Of a stretch of DNA of 64,000 nucleotides, positions 54,895-64,000 are shown piece by piece; position 1 is the stretch's first letter, and each line of letters begins with the position of its first letter. A program made the translations under genes and the position numbers. The stretch covers positions 5,208,001-5,272,000 of the forward strand of contig OX597839.1 in assembly GCA_951406725.2 (NCBI GenBank), read 5' to 3'. Origin of the DNA: Octopus vulgaris (Eukaryota). The notes below the pieces were generated by a model. The model was not told the origin of the DNA. It made no database searches and saw nothing but the letters and a program-made list of their open reading frames with translations.

Positions 54895-55299
54895 AGAATC
54901 TCTTCGGTTTGACCGGCAGTTTTTTAAAAGTAATTTCCACGTAACTAAACACTTTTAAACTTCGTATACTGGTAGAATGTGTTTATAAAACATCTTTTTC
55001 TCTTGGCTTTATTGAGAAAATTCTATAACTTGTAAGATATTTGTTGTTGTTTTTTCTTCAATTTCAGCAATTTCAACCAATCAGTGACGTCCATTGAGGT
55101 AAAAAAACATTCTGTCCCGTATGAATATGTCCCTCGTTTAAGAAACAGATTGGGTTTATTTACATTTCTGAAGAAAAAAAAGATACCCTTCCCTAAAACA
55201 GATTGAAATGCAATAGATCGATACTAGAGTCATAATTATGGGTGACAATTTCATATGACACCGCTAGAAAAAAACTGCCGTTCAAACCGAAAAGATCCT
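54895..55299 (+). mobile_element. complete MITE, ~405 bp, ~30-bp TIRs
   Basis: Left agaatctcttcggtttgaccggcagtttttt; right aaaaaactgccgttcaaaccgaaaagatcct. Confidence 0.9.
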
Positions 55300-55499
55300 T
55301 AAAATGGGTATCCATATTTTTGCAGTGATACTCCATATATGGTTACTTCTAAATATGCAGTTATAAAGTTCGCAAAACTGTGGCTGCTTTTGTCCTCAAC
55401 ACAATTCCACATTTTTTTGTCGGTATTGGATGCCATCAAATAGAAAGTAATTGTCCTGGAGAATAAATTTTGAAGTATAGATAGATATATTTTTATATC

Positions 55500-55715
55500 T
55501 ATGTGTGTGACTTTGTGTCTGTGTTTGTCCCCTCCCATCACCGCTTAACAACCAGTGGTGTTGTGCTTATGCCCCCACCCCGTAACTTAGTGATTCGGCA
55601 ACAGTGACGGATATAGTAAGAACTAGGCTCAAAAAGTAAGTCCTTGGGCAGATATACTTGAATAAAAGCCCTCAAGGCGTGTGCAACAAATGACTGGAGC
55701 AAGTAACAGAATGAA
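55500..55715 (+). mobile_element. old SINE family B 3' half
   Basis: gtgtttgtcccc...cccgtaacttagtgattcggcaac...caaatgactgg. Confidence 0.65.
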
Positions 55716-55767
55716 AAAAATACATACATACATAGAAAGGGAGAAAGAGATACATAGATAGATGTAC

Positions 55768-55822
<55 letters not shown>

Positions 55823-56272
55823 TATAAATGTATCATACTTAATGCATAAACACAGTCGGTACGCCAGTTACTACGGAATTTGTGCGTAGGTAATATTTCT
55901 CAAAGGTGTGATTCCTCAAAGACGGTGGGGGAAGAAGATCTTCCTAGCATCGGATGGCAAGAATGCCAAATGGAATGTGGCCCTTTTTGCGTTTTTCAAA
56001 AATCGGACAGGGAATCGCCGCTAGAAATATAAAACATTCATTTATGTTACGATTAGTTAATAAGTTTAACAAAAACCCGACAAAAAAACGCAATGACTGA
56101 CTTATGAACAGTGTATATAGATTGTGAATGATATATCGATGTCTATTTTTATTTCATTCAATAATGCTTATACCTGATATATATACATACATACATACAT
56201 ACATACATACATACATACATACATACATACATACATACATACATACATACATGCATACATATATATATAGAG

Positions 56273-56770
56273 AGATTCACAAAGAAGATCGTCTCTTTGC
56301 AACAGCTCAGCTACTGGGAAAGGTTGAAACAGCTAATACTCTACTCCCTGGAGAGAAGACGGGAGAGGTATGCAGTAATATATATCTGGAAGATCCTGGA
56401 AGGAATTGTGCCAAATTTTGGCATTGTAAGCTACACCAATGCTAGAACGGGACGACACTGCATTGTGCCAAAGATCCCAGCAATGCCATCACGCTTCAGG
56501 TCCAGCTTCTGCAACAGCCTGGGTTTAAAGGGCCCACAGCTTTTTAATATTCTCCCAAAGAGTCTGAGGAACTTGCACAAAGTAGATCTAGCAGTTTTTA
56601 AATCAAAGCTGGACCTCTTCCTGTCGAGAGTCCTAGATGAACCTATCTCACGGCAAGAAGTGCAAATGAGGTTAGCTATATCAAACTCCATTCTTCACCA
56701 AGTGCCACATATTAGAGGAGGCTCTTAGTAATAACAGTGTAGCACCAAACGGCGGTGCATCAGCTGAAAC

Positions 56771-56772
<2 letters not shown>
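56273..56772 (+). mobile_element. CR1-clade LINE 3' fragment (family 1), ORF2 C-terminus still open
   Basis: RFTKKIVSLQQLSYWERLKQLILYSLERRRERYAVIYIWKILEG...GPQLFNILPKSLR...FKSKLDLFLSRVLDEP; stop at 56728; tail ggcggtgc..cagctgaaac. Confidence 0.92.
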
Positions 56773-56801
<29 letters not shown>

Positions 56802-56890
56802 CAATTAATAATAAAATATTAGGGAATAAATCCAAACTTACAGGGGAAAAATCAGATTTAGGATTGAATCCAATTTTATAGTAAAATATT

Positions 56891-57123
56891 ATATTATATT
56901 AAATTAGAGATAAAACCACTATTAGGCAAATCAAACAATGAAAAACTTAAGCCAATACATAAAATTAATTAATTAATATTATTTTAAATATATCAAAATT
57001 ATTAAAAGTTTAATAATTTTGATATATTTAAAATAATATTAATTAATTAATTAATTAATTTTATGTATTGGCTTAAGTTTTTCATTGTTTGATTTGCCTA
57101 ATAGTGGTTTCATGTCTAATTTA

Positions 57124-57132
<9 letters not shown>
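56891..57132. repeat. ~240-bp near-perfect AT-rich palindrome
   Basis: Arms of about 116 and 124 bp around a 2-nt spacer at 57007-57008. Confidence 0.92.
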
Positions 57133-57179
<47 letters not shown>

Positions 57180-57183
<4 letters not shown>

Positions 57184-57253
57184 TTAGATAAAACTTAGAT
57201 ATGTTTCGACCAGAGATTGGTCCAGGCCATGTCTAACTTAATAGCACCACCTG

Positions 57254-57254
<1 letters not shown>
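57180..57254 (-). mobile_element. 3' tail of CR1 family 3
   Basis: caggtggtgctattaagttagacatggcctggaccaat matches 23690-23745. Confidence 0.8.
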
Positions 57255-57333
<79 letters not shown>

Positions 57334-57872
57334 ATGTGTATGTGCGTGTGCGCATTAGTGAGTGTGTAGGCAGAGAGGTGGGTAGATAGGTGAGTAAAAA
57401 GAGGCAAACAGTTGGAAACAGGCAGATAGATAGATAGATAACTTAGATTAGATTAGATTAGATAGATACACATCCAACTAAACAGGTATCATATCTTTAT
57501 AAGTCAGAATCCCATGAAAAAAAAAAACTTGCACATTCACTTTGGCACCAAAGTACACCGATATATCTCTGACTTCAACGCTACGTCATCTATTAATATA
57601 TGAGTGTTTCTAATTAGCTTCAGAAAATCATCGACCGTGTTTTAACTTCCTATCGTACTCGCAGACTTCCAGGCGGTCTGGCATCTATTCAGCGGTTTGA
57701 TTGAGTAGAATGGACCTTGCTGAACCCGAATCTATATTTCTACCGGACAGGCAGACATTTATACAGGGATTGCCTCGAAAATTCACACACACACACTAAC
57801 ACACACGCATATACAGAAATAGGCACACGCACACATGTTCTCATGCATACACACTCATATATACTCAGAGTT

Positions 57873-57937
<65 letters not shown>

Positions 57938-58028
57938 TATATATACATATATACATATCTATGTATATATATGTGTGTGTACATATATGCATATATATTT
58001 AAATATATATCTCTCTCTCTCTCTATTC

Positions 58029-58093
<65 letters not shown>

Positions 58094-58479
58094 TACAATA
58101 TATATACATATATATATAGATACAATATATATACATATATATATAATATATATATATAGATGTAGATATATATATACATATATATATTTATATATATATA
58201 TATATATATACATATATACAGATTTTGATGACGAAGAAGAGTAATAAATCAATAGAGACAGAATCACACAGAATTATAGACTTAGGTGCACTTAGACACA
58301 GACGTACCAATCGATGCACACACACACACACACATACACACACACACGTACATATATACACACACTTACGTATAAAGGGGAGATATATAGATTAAAAGAA
58401 GAGCTTAATATATCCTGCTGTGATACACCGCCATTATTGGAATTAAATCAGTCATTCATAAACACACACATACACAAGC

Positions 58480-58518
<39 letters not shown>

Positions 58519-58603
58519 TATGTGCGTGTGCGCATTAGTGAGCATAGGATAATTCATTCACCTACATATATATATATATATATAATGTATATATATACAT
58601 ACT

Positions 58604-58644
<41 letters not shown>

Positions 58645-58792
58645 TATATATAATATGTATATATACATAAATATATATATACACACACACGCACACACAT
58701 TCTATATTTATGTGAGCGCATGCATGCCTAGTGTTGCATAAGAATTTTACATGCTCAGGAAGTGAGTGTATGTAATATATATACATATATAT

Positions 58793-58862
58793 ACAAAATG
58801 GCGGTGCCCCAGCAAAATGGCGGTGCCCCAGCATGGCCACAGCTCATAAGCTGAAACTGGAA
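58793..58862 (+). mobile_element. severely 5'-truncated CR1 family 1 tail with 19-bp duplication
   Basis: (caaaatggcggtgccccag)x2 followed by catggccacagctcataagctgaaact. Confidence 0.75.
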
Positions 58863-58879
58863 AAATCATCAAAATAAAA

Positions 58880-58914
<35 letters not shown>

Positions 58915-59104
58915 GCATATACTTTCATACATATATGTATATGTATATCTATATGTATATCTATATCTATCTATCATCTATTTATCTATATATCTATCTT
59001 TCTGCCTATGTATGTATGTATGTATTTATGTATGTATGTATGTATGTATGTATCTATCTATCTATCTCTCTTTCTCTGTCTCTCTGTCTATCTCTCTCTC
59101 TTTG

Positions 59105-59143
<39 letters not shown>

Positions 59144-59277
59144 CTATCAATCTATCTATCTATCTCTTTCTCTCTCTCTATCTCTCTTTCTATCTATCTT
59201 ATGGACGGACGATAGTTAAATCGGTTCGTAGCAAGTTTGCCTTTTATTGCATTCAAAAGTTGTGTATTATAATATTT

Positions 59278-59411
59278 ATGTAAAAGTTGTGCAACAATTA
59301 AAACATTCAGTTGTGCAAATTCTTTGCGCGGGAAACACACCACACGGGGCAGGTCTCCCGTGCAAAGAATTTGCACAACTGAATGTTTTAATTGTTGCAC
59401 AAATTTTACAT
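59278..59411. repeat. 134-bp inverted repeat (hairpin)
   Basis: ~56-bp arms with two imperfect positions and a ~22-nt loop. Confidence 0.92.
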
Positions 59412-59533
59412 TTTGTAAATCTGCTTTCGGCTTTCTTAGCCATTTCTGTTTTGGTGTCTTCAAGCCATGAAGTCGTCGTCGTCGGAAAGAACGCCGGTCT
59501 CCTCGACAACGCTTACGACGTTGATTTTCTTAC

Positions 59534-59700
59534 CCTGCCTTCCCCACAGCGTCATGAAGGAGGGGAAGAAGGGGAGGAGCAAGACAGGTGCAGGTGTGAG
59601 CCTTGGACGCCAACTCCGCCGCCGACAGAAAGAAAAATTGGAAGAAACCAGACGACAGCTTCACAGTCAAAGACTACGACTACGGACAACTCTGACACAA
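59534..59700 (-). other. candidate upstream or alternative first exon
   Basis: Donor AGG|GTAAGA; CpG-rich unique sequence downstream (minus sense) of a ~550-bp GA-rich tract; 5' end undefined. Confidence 0.4.
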
Positions 59701-59774
59701 ACACCACCACCACCACCACCACCACCACCACCACCACCATCACTACCACCACCGCCACCACCACCATCGCCTTT

Positions 59775-60322
59775 TGTTTCTCTCTCTTTAATTATCTGTC
59801 TTTTTCTCTTTCTCTCTCACACACTTCCTGTCACTTTCTCTTTTCTTTCTGTCTGTCTCTCTCTTCCTCTTTCTGTCACTCTCTCTCTCTCTCTCTCTCT
59901 CTCTTCTTCCTTCTGTCTCTCGCATTCTTTTTCTCTCTTTCGTTCTGTCTCTCCTCCTCTCTCTCAATCATAATTCCTATCACACTCTCTTCCACTCTCT
60001 CCCTTTCTCTCTCTTTTTTTTCCCCGCACTCACTCACTCCCTCTTCCTCTTTCTGTCTCTCTAGTTCTCTTTCCCTCTCTCTTTCTTCCTGTCTCTCCCT
60101 TTTTCTCTCTTCTTTTTCCCCCGCACTCACTTACTCCCTCTTCCTCTTTCTGTCTCTCTGGTTCTCTCTCCCTCTCTCTTTCTTCATATCTCTCCCTCCT
60201 TCTTTCTCCTCCTCTCTGCTTCTTTATCTTCACCTCTCTCACTCACTCTCACTCTCTTCCTCTCTCTCCTTCTTCTCTCTTACTTCCAGACACTCTCTCT
60301 CTCTCTTTCTTTCTTTCTTTTT
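59775..60322. repeat. CT-rich polypyrimidine tract with internal ~96-bp duplication
   Basis: ccccgcactcact(c/t)actccctcttcctctttctgtctctct at about 60022 and 60118. Confidence 0.9.
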
Positions 60323-60519
60323 CTTTTTACTTGTTTCAGTCATTTGACTGCGGCCATGCTGGAGCACCGCCTTTAGTCGAGCAAATCCACCCCGGGACTT
60401 ATTCTTTGTAAGCCCAGTACTTATTATATCGGTCTCTTTGGCCGAGCCGCTAAGTGACGGGGACGTAAACACACCAGCATCGGTTGTCAAGCAATGCTAG
60501 GGGGACAAACAGAGACACA

Positions 60520-60598
<79 letters not shown>

Positions 60599-60771
60599 CA
60601 CATATATACGACAGGCTTCTTTCAGTTTCCGTCTACCAAATCCACTCACAAGGGATTGGTTGGCCCGGGGCTATAGCAGAAGACACTTGCCCAAGATGAC
60701 ACGCAGTGGCACTGAACCCGGAACCATGTGGTTGGTTAGCAAGCTACTTACCACACAGCCACTCCTGCGCC
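60322..60771 (-). mobile_element. SINE family B, full length
   Basis: Reverse complement of 45336-45744. Confidence 0.93.
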
Positions 60772-61302
60772 TCTCTCACGTTTTCCAACACCCTCTTCCA
60801 CACTTCTTTTCCACTTCTTCGATTCTGACCCCTTCACGGTCAAAATAACCCATTTATCCACAACACTCATCCTGCTTCTAATATTTCTAATCAAACACAT
60901 TTTCTCTTCTTCACGCCTAAATCCAAACTACTTTCACTTTCGGCCACTTCCCAATATCTTTGTGCTTATCCTCTCCAATTTCCCTACTTATCTCCCTTTC
61001 ACTCCTACCCTCACCCAACCCATTTCTGTTTAACACCCCTCCCTCTCCTTCTCTCTCTAGGGTCTACATCATACACTACTCCACTTTCACGGCCAAATAG
61101 ACACAGCTTTCACGCTATTTGACCTGCACAACTATTTTTTCTGGTGCGCTGCATTTCTGCTATTTGCCCGACTCCCCCGCCCCGCCCACACGCACATCTT
61201 ATCCATCTTGCTATTTCATCGCACCTCTGTTTCTGTTTAAGCATAACCCTCTTCTAAATCGCTCACTTTTCCTCGTTTTATAATATATATATATATATAC
61301 AT

Positions 61303-61333
<31 letters not shown>

Positions 61334-61476
61334 AATATATATATACATATATATATATGTGTGTGTGTGTGTGTATATGTATATAACTATTTCCATCCCT
61401 CTCTCTCTCTCTCTCTCTGTCAATATATATCTATATATAGATATATATATGTATATATATATATGTATTTATATAT

Positions 61477-61510
<34 letters not shown>

Positions 61511-61533
61511 AATATATAGACAGAGAGAGAGAG

Positions 61534-61568
<35 letters not shown>

Positions 61569-61583
61569 TATAGACAGAGAGAG

Positions 61584-61642
<59 letters not shown>

Positions 61643-61687
61643 TAGATAGATAGATAGATATAGATATAGATATATATATGTATATAT

Positions 61688-61747
<60 letters not shown>

Positions 61748-62099
61748 ACATGTGTTTATACAAAGATGCACATATCCATATGTATATGTATATATGTGTG
61801 TTTTTATTGAGAGCGAAGGCAGGTATGTGTATGCGTATGGCCGTCCGATCATCTCACATCTCTCAATTTAACCTATTTCCGCTCCTTTTAAACTCCGTCG
61901 CCTCCCTCCCCCTCTCACGGTACACCTACTGCAGACGATACCTCTCTCTATAGCCCTCTTCACTATCCTCCGCCCGCTCCTCACAAGGAAGCCAGTTTTG
62001 AGCTTAACATTTTATTATTGCCACGGTCAATCTCTCTTTTCTTTTAGATTCATTACTGTTCCATGTTTTATCCGTTTATTAATAACCAGAATGTTATCT

Positions 62100-62500
<401 letters not shown>

Positions 62501-62758
62501 TCTATGTATTTCTGTCGCTATATATGTATGTATCTATTTGTTTATATACTTACATATATACATGCACCCCCCATACACACACATAGCCAAACACACACAA
62601 ATTCCAGTCCATTCACCTTAATTAAGTCAGTTGTATTCCTCACACACATACATAGATATATTCACATATATAGACATTCATATACACGCATACATATATA
62701 TGAATGCATATATGTGTATATATATGTATGTATTCATAAATATATGTATATATATATA

Positions 62759-62843
62759 AAAAGTCACACTCGATCACAGCACCAGTAACAGTTAAGCTTC
62801 GTGCAATGGCCATACTCGATAACGAGGGGGCAGCCATAATAAC

Positions 62844-62845
<2 letters not shown>
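62759..62845 (+). mobile_element. ~85-bp mini retroposon
   Basis: Near-identical to 33017-33105. Confidence 0.75.
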
Positions 62846-62906
<61 letters not shown>

Positions 62907-63100
62907 TGTATTAATGTATGTATAAATATGTATGAATTTATATATGTATGAATTTATATATGTATGTGTGCGAGTGTGTGATTGTGTGCGTGGGCACAAA
63001 CGAATACAATTATAAGAGACGCCCATATACGCAACCACACTTACGCACCAGTACACACACACACATATACCTTTATTCAGATGTCCACCCGCCCACTTAC

Positions 63101-63560
63101 GTAGCCTCGTCACCCGTCTTCGACTACTAATGTTGTCCATGCTGCTGTTCCTTCTGGTACTACTGTTGTTGTTGTTGTTGTTATGTATCACTGTCCCTGG
63201 CGATTTCCAGCCAATATGTCCGAATGTCCAAACATATTCAGCAACAACCGTCGTTCTCGCTTGCTTGCTCGCTTCCAGCCCAGTAAAAGGGTGTTGTAAG
63301 AGGAAGAGGAAGGGGAGGAGCGTAAGAGGTAGAGGTCAGTTTTAGAAAGCGAAACAAACGCGATTGTCCCGCTTGATCAGAGAGTGGGGCGATCACGTTA
63401 CGTGGTATTTCGGCCATGATGGAAGATGACCATCGCGCCGTTTCGGTTGCGTCATACCAGCGTTTATGACAAACATTAGTTGGCATTGTTTTCGTTGTCC
63501 TCGTTGTTATTGTTGTTGTTGTTAATGTTGTAGCTCTTGACCATTGCATTGGCGTTGTTT
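63101..63560 (-). other. candidate upstream or first exon
   Basis: Donor TAC|GTAAGT at 63100; CpG-rich unique sequence; short frame MDNISSRRRVTRL (phase 1); 5' end undefined. Confidence 0.38.
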
Positions 63561-63619
63561 CTCTTACTGTTGTTGGGTTGCTTACAATGGCTGTAATAAT
63601 GGTACTGCTTTATAGCAGC

Positions 63620-64000
63620 TTTTGGTGGTGGTGGTAATAATAGTAGTAGTAGTAGTGGTAGTAATAGTAGTAGTGGTGGTGGTGGTACATCAACAATCCT
63701 AGCAGTATTAGTGTTATTACTAATAGTAGTCGTATTAATATTATTATTAATAGTAGCAGTGGTTGTAGTAGTAGTAGTAGTAGCAGCAGCATCAGCAGTA
63801 GTAGTAGAAGTAGTAGTAATAGTAGTAGTGATGGTGGTGGTATATCAACAATAGTAGCAGTAGTAGTGTTATTATTAGTAGTAGTTGTATTAATATTATT
63901 ATTAATAATAGTAGCAGTGGTAGTAGTAGTAGTAGTAATAGTAGTAGTGGTGGTGGTGGTACATCAACAATAGTAGCAGTATTAGTATTATTATTAGTAG
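63620..64000. repeat. (TAG)/(TGG)-derived higher-order repeat
   Basis: ggtggtggta(c/t)atcaacaat..tagcagta recurs at about 63687, 63842 and 63961. Confidence 0.85.

Noticed and set aside
56297-56728. 143-aa ORF as a host gene
   Set aside because: It is the C-terminus of a 5'-truncated CR1 ORF2 with no real start codon.
58794-58825. Tandem YY1-like aaaatggcgg sites
   Set aside because: Explained as a duplicated CR1 3' tail.
59550-59594. Plus-strand exon after ttttcttaccctgccttccccacag (MKEGKKGRSKT)
   Set aside because: Acceptor-like, but the donors (GTGCAG/GTGTGA) are weak and the same bases form a good minus-strand donor; not fully excluded.
59247-60347. 366-aa plus-strand ORF
   Set aside because: Made of a palindrome, (CAC)n and a CT tract that lack stops by composition.
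60780-62090. Pyrimidine-rich unique stretches resembling decayed Penelope 3' regions
   Set aside because: No translatable motif or intact ribozyme core could be read.

Overview
AT-rich, microsatellite-saturated animal genomic DNA with no prokaryotic features. The SINE repertoire and repeat density point to a coleoid cephalopod, most likely Octopus; this is inferred from recalled SINE families, not from a database search. Nearly all listed ORFs are artefacts of (AT)n, (GATA)n, (ACAT)n and trinucleotide repeats. The real content is: (1) several families of tRNA-derived SINEs, many with target-site duplications (TSDs); (2) 3' remnants of CR1-, RTE- and Dong/R4-clade LINEs; (3) Penelope-like fragments carrying minimal hammerhead-ribozyme motifs; (4) two non-autonomous Helitrons, an internally deleted mariner and a TIR-bearing MITE; (5) several long hairpins. 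The most notable hidden signal is a set of short minus-strand candidate exons (53154-53240, 7271-7311, 5351-5404) that splice in phase to MGKKRRGWRLLRGSPSEEERAKREGLSVQ-MSYSFHHSGFFPPG-WTSKKGHAVEDPNSENK. This suggests most of the window is intronic to an unidentified gene continuing past the left edge. Coordinates of old, degenerate repeats are approximate.
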